A DNA stretch of 63,478 nucleotides, counting the filler, from Ministeria vibrans ATCC 50519 (lineage: Eukaryota > Protista > Filasterea), in assembly GCA_943704425.1 (NCBI GenBank). It is 9 parts of 9 records of this genome, joined end to end, with 100 filler letters (N's around TTAATTAATTAA, not from the genome) between each part and the next. Parts side by side here need not be neighbours in the genome. Positions count along the whole stretch, not along the records: positions 1 to 16,522 come from CALSCP010001742.1; 8 more parts are not named here. One strand, 5' to 3'. A program made the translations under genes and the position numbers. Under the pieces are notes generated by a model. The model did no database searches, had not been told where the DNA came from, and was given only the letters and a program-made list of their open reading frames with translations. Below are positions 1 through 12,644 of this stretch, in pieces; position 1 is the first letter of the stretch, and the number at the start of each line of letters is the position of its first letter.

Positions 1-110
<110 letters not shown>

Positions 111-130
111 GTCTCGCACACTTGTTTTTA

Positions 131-1099
131 CCTTCCCTCGCCGCCCCATGCGTCGTTGGGGGTAATACAGATCTCACGACATCTGTCTGTTTCGACGTTG
201 TACACAAAGAGACGCAACGGCGTCTGATTGGACTGCTCGACCAACAGGAAAAAGTCACTGTCTTCGTGTAGGAGCGAATCGGGCGAGCCAATGATGTAGT
301 CTGTCATGGAGCGCAGTCCGGCTGACGCAGCAGGAGAGTTTGCTTGGACTTCCTGTATAATACAACAAGAGAGAGGGTGTACAAACAGAGAACTGAGCAT
401 GGAGAGCGGCTGGTGTCTCCCTTACCAGTACGTGCCAGACGTTTTCATTGGTGGGAGCAAACGTGCAAAAGCGTATGCTTACTCCGAGGAGACCAGTGCC
501 ACCCCACGTCCGACACGGTCGCAAAGTGGTCTCTACAATGATCAGTCAGTGAGATGTGAGTGAGTGCACAAAACCGTCTTTCCGGTGCTGTACCTCGCGT
601 GCTCGTCGTCTTGCTGCTGTACACTCGCAGCGACACAGGCTGATCAATGTGACTGGCAAGCACATCAACAAGAGTCGAGTCTTCTTGATCCTATACTCAG
701 ACGAAAGCAAAAAAAAAAAAAGAGATCAGGAATCAGGAAAAAAAAACGGAACAAAATATGTCATTTTAACGGCTTATTGTACCAGTATCACGTTGTTCAC
801 GGCAGTGATGTAGTCAAAAAATGCCTCGAGACCAGCGTCGGCGCCAGGCGAACCTTCTTGAACCTGCAATGGGAGCGGGAGAGAGAGGAAAAGGGATGCG
901 ATGATGAGTGTCGCAACGAAGCCCTTCTAGAGCGTGTTCACGCGCACGGAACGACACGCTGCCTTGTAAAGAGGAACCACACGACAGTGGAAGGGGGAGG
1001 AGCGGGCGGGAAGGCCCCAGGGCTCACCTTGAGGACATGATAGCCAAACTGCATTCCTTCTTCTCCCTCGCCCGCGACCAAAGACTGATCGTTGCCCAT
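131..1099 (-). CDS. GORASP2: GRASP55/65 Golgi reassembly stacking protein (multi-exon, 3' end runs off window)
   Basis: Spliced exons read MGNDQS..GYHVLK|[23 protein letters not shown]..|..SLRVYSSKT..|..[21 protein letters not shown]|[47 protein letters not shown]: two GRASP PDZ-like domains, Gly2 myristoylation site, GT-AG introns. Confidence 0.93.
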
Positions 1100-1277
1100 A
1101 TTGAAAGAAATAAGCACACAAAGGCTGAGTGCTGATGAGTTGTCAAAAAATTGTAAAATGTAATCATTAATCAACCTTAAGTCTCTTTTTCGTTTGACTT
1201 GCAAGTGAAACTCAGAAATTTAGTTATGGTTAAATAGTCTTCGCGGAAATCGGAGCAGATAGACGAGTCTCGGTAAG

Positions 1278-1704
1278 ATGGGTCTATTCCATTGCCATAA
1301 AGTGGGTGTTTCTCTCATTCCAGAAGTACAGAGAGAGAGAGAGGCTGAGAAAGTGTGCGGAGCAGAAGTTGAACGAGACGGATCTTCATTCAGTTATGTC
1401 GGATGCAACGACTTCGTACTAGTCGGTGTCGCAGGTACAGTGGTACAGTGGTACAGTGTGAGGGGTCGCCATTCAAAAATTTCGCACTCTCATTTTCTGA
1501 GTGTGCATCACACAAAGTGTGTTATCTGTATTTGCGGTTAATCTTTCATTCAGACAAGTCGTCACCTTCGCGGGTGTCACAGAAACGTGTTTATATCACA
1601 GAACAGTCACTAATAGTCTAATACATTGCATAAAAGCAGACAGTGAGGAGGGCACTGAAGAAAAAGAGGGAGATTTGAGTGAGAGTGAGCTGATGATACT
1701 ATAA
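1278..1704 (+). CDS. Possible small orphan 3-exon gene (~85 aa, acidic C-terminus)
   Basis: Exons 1278-1434, 1554-1586, 1640-1704 join in frame through two phase-1 GT-AG introns (CTAAT branch-like motif in the second). No recognisable domain. Confidence 0.3.
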
Positions 1705-1904
1705 CTCCTTTTCAAAAGTAAACCTGGTCTTGTACAAAATAAAAATCCCAATTACGCTCTGTAATCCTCAACGAAAAAAACAAAGAAAATAATAAATAAT
1801 AATAACAATAATAATTACTGCTCAATTCCGAATCTCAATCCACTGTCCTTCCTTCAGTTTTCCCTAACAATCACCCAATCAAAAACGAACTCTAAAAAAA
1901 TATA

Positions 1905-4031
1905 TTATATAAAAACACCTACCTTTGGTTCGGTCTCATTGGCCTGCTCTTCTTCAGTCGGCCTGTGAGAAAGAAGGGATCGCACAAGTCGCTTCAGTGA
2001 GGCGATGTCGCTCTGGTGCGTCAGCAACCGCTCGAGATCAGCTGACATGGCGTTGCGGGTGGACAAAAGTGCGTTGCGTTCGCGAGTGAGATCATCCGTG
2101 AGCGACTGCGCTGCTCTCAGCTGCGCTTGGGCGTCGCGAGTGCGTGATTCGGCGTCGCGAAGACGGGAAAGCAGGTAGCCATGGGGCTGCATGCGTGTGC
2201 CGTCCAGGAGCGCATTGGCTTCCCTCAGCTCTCCCGTCAGCGTCTGCACTTTCCCACTTACAGTCGCAAGATCATTCTTCAACCGTCCACACTCGCTCTG
2301 CAGATGCACCACACGGCGTGCCAAGTGCAGACTTTGCTGCATGCGCCGCCGCGCACTCGTCGGCAGACCACTCCCAAAGCTGTACGCAGCCAACAGTGCT
2401 TGCCCTTCATCCAAATTGCTATTACCGCTGCTACTTCTCGCTGCAATGTCCATCACGACCCCATCCAACTCCTTCTCCAGCCGCTCGTACCCCTCCAACT
2501 TGCTCTGTCCACTCACACACTCCGTCTCCAACTGTCCAATCCGCTGTGCGCTCGTCTGCTGCAGTGCATAGTACTCACTCTTGAGCGCGTCCACTTTGCG
2601 CGCAAGCACATCCCGCTCCGACTGCACTCGCCCCAACAATGCCACCGTCTCCTCGTGCACCACGCGCTGTCGCTCCAAATCAAATGCTTTCATCTTCCCT
2701 TCCGCACTCAAATCACTCGTCTCGCTCGCAAAGCGCCCCTGCAACTCCTGATAGTGCTGCTGAAGCAGCGCATGTTCGGCGCGCAGTGACTCCTCTCGCG
2801 CGCACGTCCGATCGCGATCCAGTGCAACCATATCGCGCGCCTCGCGCAGCACACGCAGTTCACGTTCGTGTACTTCGTGCATTTGTACGCGCAAAGCGTC
2901 CATTTCACGGTCGGACGCTGCTCGCAAACGCGCAATTTCGGCCGTGAGTCGCTCGTCGTGGCCACTTGTGGCACGCTGATGCGTGTGCACTGTGGCGTCG
3001 CGTTGTGCGTCGCGTTCGGCACGCAGGCCATCAGCCTGAGCCCGTGCACTCTCCAGTGCACTCTGAAGACGCTGGTTGTCTTCGCGTAGCGACGCTGTCT
3101 GCTGCTCAAACAACGCGCGGTCCTGACGCAGCACCGCAATCTCCTGCTCGCGACCCGCAGTGCCATGGTACGCCTCGCTTGCAGTCGACTCAGCAATGTT
3201 AAGACGAGCCTGAAGCTCGGCCACCCGAGCCTCGCTACGAGTCAGCTTGGACACAAGCGCATCGCGTTCATCGAGAGCCTCGTCGGCACGTCGCACACGC
3301 TCAGCCGAGGCACGATGGCGCTGCTCAAGCGACAGAATGCGTTTCTGAAGTGCCACATTGTCGACGGCCGCCTCCTCTTCGCGCACACGACGCTGTTGTC
3401 GCTCTCGCTCAAGTCGATCACGTTCGCGTCGCAGCCCCTCGTTTTCAAGCTCGAAACGATGGTAGCGACGAGAGAGCGTCGAGAAGCGTAACGTAACAAG
3501 TTCGTGCAGCGACAATACCTCGACAGGTCGCCCCAGAAGTTCGTTGAGCTGCGCATCGCCGGCGTACATATGCAACGCTGCTGTGTCGTCGTCAGAGAGC
3601 TGTCGACGCAACTTGGCAATGCCTTCGTTCACCCCAGGATGGCTCAGCTTCTCAATCTGCTCCATTCGACGACGCGCCTCCTTCACTTCGGCCGTCAACC
3701 GCGACATGCCGTCGTCGGCGTCCACAGACGCGTCCCCGCCATGACCTCTGTTTCCACCGTGCCGTCGATGGTGGTGATGCTGATCACGGTGCCGGCGTTG
3801 GGGCCCGTCACGGTCGTAATGTCTCCTATCAACGAAAAAGGCGGGATTTTCAAAAAAAAAATCAAAATCAAAAATCAAAAGGCAAAGCGCATACCGCTTG
3901 GCGGGAGCAGCTGAGATATCTGATGACTGGCTCAGGGCAGAGGTGAAGCTGCTCAAGCTCGTGCTCGAGAGGGAAGACGACGACGAAATGAGAGTGGCCG
4001 ACAACGCTTCGCTCTGCACAGAAGCTTCCAT
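1905..4031 (-). CDS. PIBF1: PIBF1/CEP90 centriolar-satellite coiled-coil protein
   Basis: Long coiled coil with family motifs LYAGD-like (MYAGD), LSLHELV..R, LKSEYY.LQ, YERLEKELD.V, PTSARRRMQQSLHLARRVVHLQ, QPHGYL. A small in-frame intron is likely near 3828-3893. Confidence 0.88.
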   Translation of the reverse strand: MEASVQSEALSATLISSSSSLSSTSLSSFTSALSQSSDISAAPAKRYALCLLIFDFDFFFENPAFFVDRRHYDRDGPQRRHRDQHHHHRRHGGNRGHGGDASVDADDGMSRLTAEVKEARRRMEQIEKLSHPGVNEGIAKLRRQLSDDDTAALHMYAGDAQLNELLGRPVEVLSLHELVTLRFSTLSRRYHRFELENEGLRRERDRLERERQQRRVREEEAAVDNVALQKRILSLEQRHRASAERVRRADEALDERDALVSKLTRSEARVAELQARLNIAESTASEAYHGTAGREQEIAVLRQDRALFEQQTASLREDNQRLQSALESARAQADGLRAERDAQRDATVHTHQRATSGHDERLTAEIARLRAASDREMDALRVQMHEVHERELRVLREARDMVALDRDRTCAREESLRAEHALLQQHYQELQGRFASETSDLSAEGKMKAFDLERQRVVHEETVALLGRVQSERDVLARKVDALKSEYYALQQTSAQRIGQLETECVSGQSKLEGYERLEKELDGVVMDIAARSSSGNSNLDEGQALLAAYSFGSGLPTSARRRMQQSLHLARRVVHLQSECGRLKNDLATVSGKVQTLTGELREANALLDGTRMQPHGYLLSRLRDAESRTRDAQAQLRAAQSLTDDLTRERNALLSTRNAMSADLERLLTHQSDIASLKRLVRSLLSHRPTEEEQANETEPKVGVFI

Positions 4032-4175
4032 TGAGAAACACGCAAGGCTAGCCGTAGACTGTAGAGTAGAAGTAGAAGAAACAATGAACTAGATTACTAG
4101 AAATGAATCAATCACAAATGAATAAAATATCTAAATTGTTTCCAGTTTTACTTTTTTTTTTTTTTTTCGTTCAAT

Positions 4176-6891
4176 ATGGACTCGGAACCTATTGCGTGCC
4201 AGTGGATGGCTGAATTTGTCGCGTCGGAGCTGATCAAGACGTGTCGTGTGTCGCAGTCGTCGGGTGACTGGGGTTCGCTTTTTGACGGTACCGATTTTTC
4301 AGACTTGCCTGCAGCGATTTCCTTCCATTGCACTTCCATCTCATGTGTGGCTTGGTGAAAGTCCCCATGGCGCTGTCGGTGCGACCGGTCTACTCGAAAC
4401 TTTTGCGAATTTTTGCGTTTGGCAAAAACGTCCGTTACAACTGTCACTTCTGAGTGAGGTCCTTCATGCCCCTTGCCGACCCGTCCACGCTCTTGGACAG
4501 TTGATTTTCGTGCATAATCAAGTTGTAAAGCGTGCGTTTTATTGGTGGCATTGCCTCAGAAGTGGTGACACACATTTTCGTTAAACACACAACTTTTCCT
4601 TTTCGACTCAGAGTGCATCAAAGCAACAACCACTGCCGAGCCCATTGGCGACGCCAACATGCACCAGCGCATCGAGCTTGCCTACATTGCCCGCTGCATC
4701 TTGGAGTTGGGCAACCAGAGCCGTGCCAGTCCCACTGCGACTCGACTCCCTGGAGAGGTAAACATCTCCGACTCTGACTCTTGTGTTCACCTCCTCTCCC
4801 CATTTCTTTTTTTTGATATTCAGGTCCTAGAAGAAGCATGCAAGCGATTCCCAGACTGCGTTGCCAAGAACATGGACCGCACACCCAACTCGGCCTATGG
4901 AAAGTGTTTCCGCGAACTCAAAATTCAGGTTCGATGCATTGGCGACTGCAACATTGTTGGTTGTGTCTATTATGCCTGTTATGAGAGACTGTATGACAGA
5001 CTTCTATCATATACTTATTTTTATCATTACCCTTTTGTACAGTCTGTGCTGAATTGGGTGCGCTGTGAGCGAACAGACGCGAAGAAGAAGGCAGACGAGG
5101 TGGAGCGAAGCATCAAGGCATTGTTCCCGAGCAAGAGCAAGGACCAGTCAAAGGAGGACGTGGAGGCGCGCGCCGGCCTGGTGCGTGTGCTTGCGGGCAT
5201 GCGCAAGGACACACACGATGCCAAGTTTATTGGCGAGCATCCTTTTAAGAGGCTCCTTAAGCTGTTCATGCGCCTTCTGGTGCTTGTCTCAGACGAAATC
5301 CCTCCTGCCCGTCTGCTCGCAGCCATTGCGACAAGCCAGGCTGCCCCTCCCGCTCGCTTGCCCAGCAAAAAGAAGATCAAAAAGTCAAGCCATGTGAGTG
5401 ATGACGACGATGACAACAACAGCGGTAATGATGCCGGTCCGGCTTTTGACGAGGAGAACTCGATCAGTAGCAACAAGCCAGCGTCAAGGTACCACCACGA
5501 TCTCTTTTAACGACCCGCTGTGTTTTTGTTGTTTTATAATCACAATACTCTGTTTCAGTCTTGTGTTGCCGCGCAAAAAGCTTGACTCGTACGTTGATCG
5601 ATTGGGAGTGCAAACTGAAAAGGATCTGGGCTTTGGGAGTAAGACGATGGCGGCTGCGACAGCGAAGATTGCGAGGATGCGCAGGGGGGAGGAGGAGGCA
5701 GCCAAGAAGAATAAGGGGGCAATAGCGATGGTGTCGGCGTCATCTGAGGATGAGGAGGAGGAGGAGAGCAGTAGCGATGAGGATCTGCGAAAGAAAGTCG
5801 CGGTGCGCAAAGGGGACAAGAAACGTGTGGTGTCGTCGTCGAGCAGTGACGAGGACAGTGACGAGGACTATAAGGAGGAGGAGGAGGAAGACGTGAAGGG
5901 ACATGCGAAGAAGCGTCGCAAGGTGGCTGAGATGGAGCGACTGAAGCGCTCGGCTGGCTCAAGAGGTGATTTGTTGCATTACAATATGATGATGATTTTC
6001 ATTGTAATTGTTGTTGTGTGTAGGAATGACCGACTCAACGAAGCAGGCACTGAACAAGATGAAGGAGACGAACAAAACGTTGCAGAAGACGGGAACAGAT
6101 CCATTGACTGTGTTGCTGGACAAGAATGGACGGGCGAACAAGAAGCGAGAGGCCTCGTCGTCGTCGTCGTCGTCTGATGACAGTGACGACGAGATGGTTC
6201 GACCGCCCAAACCACCGTCGCCAGTGATGAAGGTGCAACGGAGTGTGCCGCAGAAGAAGGGGAAGAAGAAGACGGGTGAGCGACTTATTGTGGTGGATGG
6301 TGACGATGACGATGACGATGACGATGACGAGGAGGATTCAGATGGTGATGGTGCAGCTGATGGGAAACGGGTTTCTCCGATTGAGTCAGAGGAGGAAGAG
6401 ACGATCGTTCGGGGGAAGGTTGGTGGGACGATGCAGTCGGCTGGGGGAGCTAAGGCGCCCAACAAGCCAAAACGGAGACCATGGACGCAAGCAGAGACCA
6501 AGGTATGATCCCTGGAAATGAGATGGATGGGTGTGGGATATTTTGATTTGTGTGTGTGATGTTAAGATAAAATTGTCATTGTACATGGTGTGTGAGTGTG
6601 GGTGTGAAGAAATTCTGACAGCGATTTGGTTTTAGGCACTGGTCGATGGACATAAGGAGTTTGGAAATATGTGGGCGGAAATCAGACGAGCGCACTTTGT
6701 AAGCATTTTGTGCGTTCCATTTTTTCTGTCTTACTCTCACTAATTATCTCTTATCCTATGTCTTACTTTCACCTTGTTTCTTTTTCCCTCATTTCCCTCT
6801 CTCTTTTCTTTTTCAGAACGTTCTTCAACATCGCACTCCGATAAATCTCAAAGACCGATTCCGTAATTTGTTGCAGAAAAAGTCATTTTGA
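4176..6891 (+). CDS. TRF1/TRF2-like telomeric dsDNA-binding protein: TRFH-like domain, acidic/basic linker, telobox Myb domain
   Basis: C-terminal spliced Myb: KRRPWTQAETK|ALVDGHKEFGNMWAEI..|..RTPINLKDRFRNL, stop 6889-6891. The N-terminal helical region resembles the TRFH domain (see findings). Confidence 0.8.
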
Positions 6892-7111
6892 TCGAGTGTG
6901 GTCAGAGAGTGAGAGTGAGAGGACTTTTTTGTGTGTGTGAATGAAAATTACAAACCGAAAATAAGTGAACAAAAAAAGTTGATTAAAACTCATTTACTTT
7001 ACTTTGATAGACGAAAATAATTGATGAAAAATCTAAACAATAATTATTAATAATAATATAAAAAGTATAATGCAGTACTACAAACTAAATAAATACACAC
7101 AAATCAGAAGT

Positions 7112-10100
7112 TTAGGCGACGGAAGAGTGGGGATTGTCCCTCTCAATGCCGGCACATGTCTCCTCCATCGCATCCAGCTCGTCCACAATGGCCGTGAAGG
7201 GCATGCGTTCGCTGGGAAGGGTCGCCCAGCAGCGCGTCATGAGTGACACAAACGGTAAAGGGGCGTTCGAGGGAAGCGTTGGGCGAAGGTCTTCATCGAC
7301 AACGCGCTTTTCAATGTCCCACATTTGCTCAATGTCGTTGTAGGGCAATGTCCGAGTCGACAATTCTACAATGGAGAATCGATTAGGTGCCCGTTTTTTG
7401 TTGTGCTTTTTGTTTTTTTGTTCAACATACCCCACAAGACAATTGCAAAGCTGTACACATCAACCAGCGATGTGTACGCGTCGCCACGAAGCACCTACGC
7501 AAAAAAAAGAAATAGGTGTCTAAGACAAACAGACACACAAGAGACAAAGACACCACACAAGAGACACACAGACATCACACACAAGAGATTCACAGACACC
7601 ACGCGCAAGAGCAATACAAACAGACACCACACAAGAGACGTACAAACAGACACCACACTCAATGCTTTTTTTTAGTTACCTCTGGTGCAGTCCAGAGAAG
7701 AGTGCCTACACCACGGGTCATAAGCGAACTGCCAGTGGTGAGACGACTGGAGGAACCGCCCGACGACTGACGATCGGACGAGCCCTTGAGTGAGAGTGCC
7801 CAGCGATTGTTGGAACGCACTGCAATGGGATTTTCCTGTGCCTGAATGGTATCAACAAGACGTGCAGTGCCAAAGTCACACACTTTGACAACCCACAGGT
7901 CACTGACAAGCAGATTGCCCGACTTGAGATCACGATGAATGCACGGCGGTGTCTGGCTGTGCAAGTAGCGCATCCCTTTAGCCGCATCCAGTGCAAACCG
8001 CGTCCGCTGTGCCCAGTCCAACACCACACTTGCATCATGCAGAATCCGATACAGCGAGCCTTGCGACAAAAACTCAGTCACCAAAAAAGGCACTTCTTCG
8101 GCATCTGCTCCGGCACCATAAAAAAAGGTCACATTCGCATGTCGAAGAGTTCGCATAAAGCGCACTTCCCGCTCAAAATCCTGTGCACACGACCTGAAAA
8201 AAAAAAAAAGTTAAATTGATATTGAGAGTGATGAAAATTAAGTGAATGAAAGTGAAATTGTGAGGAGGAAGGGTGTGGAAATGTAAGTGTGAGAGCGAAA
8301 TTAAATGCACATTGGCTTCTAATAGTTACGAGTCTGATTCAAGCACAGCCAATTTCAATCGTTTCACTGCCACTTTGCGTCCCATCCACTCAGCAAGATA
8401 CACCTTTGAAGGAGAAGAAAAGAGAGTTAAGTAAAAAAAAGTCAAGCACAAAATCAAATTAAATGTGAGTGAGAGAGTAAAAAAACAAGTACAAAATCAA
8501 ATTAAATGTGAGACAAGTGTGAGTGAAAGTCGATACAACTAACGAATACAAGATATTATAATAATAGAATTATTACTTCGCCAAATGCACCGGCATCCAA
8601 CTGCTTTTCAAACTCAATGTCACTCAGCTCGATGTGCCACGACCGTTCCAAATCACGAACCTACACGATAGAAATGGCCAGAATAGTATAGTGTGAGAGA
8701 AAACAAAAACCAAATTAATATTATTATTATTATTATTATTTTATTATCATTATTATATTGAGTGTGCAAGAGAGACAGACTTGACCGAGAAACAGTGTTA
8801 CTTTCACCCATTTTTTTTCACTCACCTGTTTGATTTGCACATCCAAATTCTGCTCCGCGTCATCCAATAGTTTCTTATAGATGGACGAGCGTTCTCGTGA
8901 CTTGCGTGCACGACGACGCATCACGCAGAAGGTTAAAATCACAAGAAATAAGAACACTGACACTCCTAAAAACCCCACACACACAATGCAATATCGCACA
9001 AATGAATTTAAATTGTGACTCTTTCCTTCTCTCACTCTTTCGCGTGTAGTTGGTTACCAATGAGAATGTACTCTATGGGAAGAGAACAGTCATCAAATGC
9101 ATAATAACCAGAAGCACAGACACACTGGAAGGAACCCGTAGAAGGATCCGTAATGGAACAGTTTCCATTGTAATTGCAAGTGTGGTTTTGGCTAGTTTTT
9201 AATAAAAGTAGCGAGTTAGTAAAAAGAGACACAAAACGAGAATAACAACTGATGATACCGTACCAAACATAGCACTCAAAGACGGACGATGCGCCAGTAT
9301 AGTTGGTTGAGCCGACACCAGGACACGAATAGCACTCAATCAGACCCGCAACAGGCCCATACGTTCCTATGAATATTGAAACTGTCATATTCGGCCAAAT
9401 TCGAAAATCTCACTCGTACCAATGGGACAGGGAAGACAAGTGGAGTTTGCAAAGAAATCATCTTCTGATGAGTAGCCGGGGGGACAGCCAATCACCATAC
9501 CCAGCACAGGCGAGCTACGGTCCGCACCCGCATAGATGGACAGTACAGGCGCGCCAGTGGACGCGGAGACAGTCACAGCTGAGCTGAGTGACGCGTATGT
9601 GGGCAGAATGTTGTTGCTGGGTGTCAGTTGAAGCCACAATTGTGAGCGAGTGTCGTAGCTCCAGAGATTACTGAACGAATAGAGTGTGTCGGGTTGACTT
9701 CCGCCGGTCACAAAGAACTATTAAAAGCACACAAGTTAGAGTTGGGTTGCAACACACTTACAGAGAGAGAGAGAGAGGAAGGAGAAAAAAAAAAGTAATG
9801 ACACACGCCACGCACACAACTCACACCCCTTTTTTTCGTACTCGAGTGCCAAGAGACGCACTAGTGCCGTACATTCTCCCTAAGGGTCCACTCTCGGTCG
9901 CAATGGGAACCCACAGTGCATTCACCGCATCATAGCACCACATCTCACGCGACACCGCTCCCCCTCCTAAGTACCCCCCAAAGAAGCATCCTCGCGTCGC
10001 ATTATACTCATCAAAGCGCAGCATCGCACTCGAGCTGAACGCCATGGCATTCGGCGTGCCATGTGACGGCGTCGTAATGACCTTCCAGGAAACAGACCGT

Positions 10101-12226
10101 GTCGCCACATCCACTTGCATGAGGTAAGTTTGATTGTCGTTGGGTGACAGTTCCAATGACACCTCATCGTATCCCCCAAAGAAGACAATCTCGCGTGTGT
10201 TCGATGTGCTCTCGTATGGCAGAACAAAAGCAATCCCGGCTGCAACCTTGGGCAGTGTACCTCCGCCGGCAATGGTCGCTACAGGACAGTGCCACGCAAT
10301 GCCTTCTTCATCCACTTCGCCATACCACACCTAATGAAAGAGGTGTTTTACATATTATAAAAATACAAATAATTATAATAATTCTTATTATAATTATGAA
10401 TTAATTGCTGTACCTGATCGCCCACAGACACTCCTACAACACCGTTCAGGCCACTATTAGAGAGAGGGAGGAAGCCACCAAAGAGAAGCAGAACTGTTCC
10501 GGTGAGAGGCAACAGCTGACCCGCATAGCGAGGTGTAGGATGCGATGGAACAACAGTGGTACAGGCTGAGCCAGTGTTGCCGACGTGTTTCCACGAGTAG
10601 TCCTTGAGGAAGAGAAACCACAGGTCGTCGTACGCTTCGAATGCTTCCGATGAGAGTCTAATCGTTCAATAGTGTCATAGTGTCATTAGGGTTAGAATCT
10701 TTTTTAGGGCTAGGGGTCAAGAACGATGCATTCTCTCGTTTTACCCTCCGAAAATGGCAAGAACGGAACCACTGGAGACACGCGGAGTCCACGTGAACTG
10801 AGCACTCAACTGAAACTGGCGGAGAGTCGGTGAAATTTGCGATGAGGCTGGAGTCCACGCAAGTGCATTAGCCGTGTCATTGCGAAGATGGAAGATCCAA
10901 AGAGACGTGACAGCACTGACAGTAACCAGTGAGCTGAACCCATCAAAAATCATGGCAGATTGAGGACTCAGTTGGATTACAGAGTATTGAATGCGTGCAA
11001 GAGGTCCTTGGGGAGCTCTAGAGAGCGACAATGAAACACGTCATTATCGTTTGACACAAAAAAGACGACAAAACAAAATTGCTTACTTGACAGTGAAGTT
11101 GATGGGTCCTTCTTGAAAGGGATCAAGAGAGAGCACAAGTACTTCAAAATTGGCAGTACTCGTAAGGCCAAAAAGAGTGAGTTTGTTGTCGATCCAGGCA
11201 GCGCCACTGCCCCAGATGACGGGGGTGGACGTGAAGCTGTACTCGACGTAGGCGGGGAGGAGACGCCACTGAAGGACGGGAAGACGCGTGTCCATGGTCC
11301 AGAGAGTGTTGACGGGCGGAACAATGAAGGGTTCGCAGCCGACCTGCGTGGCCTGTCCAGCGTACATGACAACAGTGTGTTCGTCGGTGAGCACCAGGGG
11401 TGCCTGAACTGTCGCGGGCGGGGTGGTCTCGTTGGTGCCACTGAGACCGTCGTCGATGAGGGTCCATTTGAAGTCGTCGATGGTAAACAACCATGTGTCG
11501 TGGCGACGTGTGCATGGCACAGTGGTGCAGTTGTTGGCAATGGTGATGTGACAGTCGCCAAAGCCGCCGTAGACTAGCATGGCAGTGTGATTGCGGATGG
11601 CAACACTCGAGGCGAACACACGCGACGAGATGGGCCCGTCGAGAGTCGGTTGAAACTGCCAAGAGGATGTGTCGAAGATGACGGTGGCGGCGCTGGCCTC
11701 GTCAAGGGCGTTGATTCCGCCAAAGGCGACAAAGTATTCGGTGCCGTTGGAGTGGCGCAGCACTTGACCTGTGCCGCCCGACAAGGACGGCGTCCCTGCA
11801 GTCCGCCCGCCCGTCCCCTGGCTCCACGTCAGCGATGCAAGGTTAAGGATCCACACTGTAGGTGTTTGGAGGACGTGGGAGAGGCGAGGAGGCGGAGAGA
11901 GTGTCGCGCGTGAGTGGGAAGATTTCGCGATGTCACAAAAAAACAGATTGCTTACCGTCGTAGAAGTAGACGATGCGGTTGTATTCCCACGACTGCCCCC
12001 CATAGACAAACATATTGTCGGCTGCGCTACTCACAGCGGTAACTGGACGGCAGAGAGAGAGAGAGGTGAGAAGGAGTTCGACAAGACACTCAACAGACAT
12101 ACTTGCCAGCTGGACTGCCGCCGGAGAGTACGACGACGAGATCTGGTTGCTCCATTCGTTGAACACCAGCTGTCCTTTGGCGCGCAAAAGGAAGGAGAGA
12201 AGGAGGAGCCGGAGACAGTTGATCAT
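7112..12226 (-). CDS. Receptor-type TKL kinase: signal peptide, kelch repeats, Cys-rich (GCC/ephrin-receptor-like) and EGF-like modules, TM helix, kinase domain
   Basis: MINCLRLLLLSFLLRAKG signal peptide; repeated hhhGG kelch motifs (MFVYGG, FVAFGG, MLVYGG, IVFFGG); CPPGY..CLPCPIGT; TM FLGVSVFLFLVILTFCVM followed by RRRARK; kinase motifs GAFG, VAVK, HRDLKSGN, DFG, GTLLWTAPE, DVYSF. Confidence 0.88.
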
Positions 12227-12644
12227 GATGGCTTTGGGTTGGGGAGTGCGTCGCCCGACAGCACCAACACACACAGACGAAGGGGATTGGGAGGTTGGTC
12301 GCGTGGACTGAGAAGATCAAGAAGAATGCGTGTAAGTGAAAGTGACGAAAGAGTAACTATTTTGTTGGTGATTAATTTTGTTGAGTCATGACTTGCAATG
12401 AATAACAATCATAAATATAAATAATTAATAATATATTTCCCCCACCTTCGCTTGCTAGAGGCTGCCCACCAGCGCCGCTCTCTGTTTCAACAATGGCCGA
12501 AACGCCGTGGGTTAAGCTCGTCGACCCGTCGAGTGGCAATGACTTCTTTGCGAATATCGACACTGGTATCTGCGTTTGGGAACTTCCGACGCACCTGCCC
12601 GTCCGCCCCAAGTCCCAGGCAGCCGTTGATGGAGGTATGCTTTG

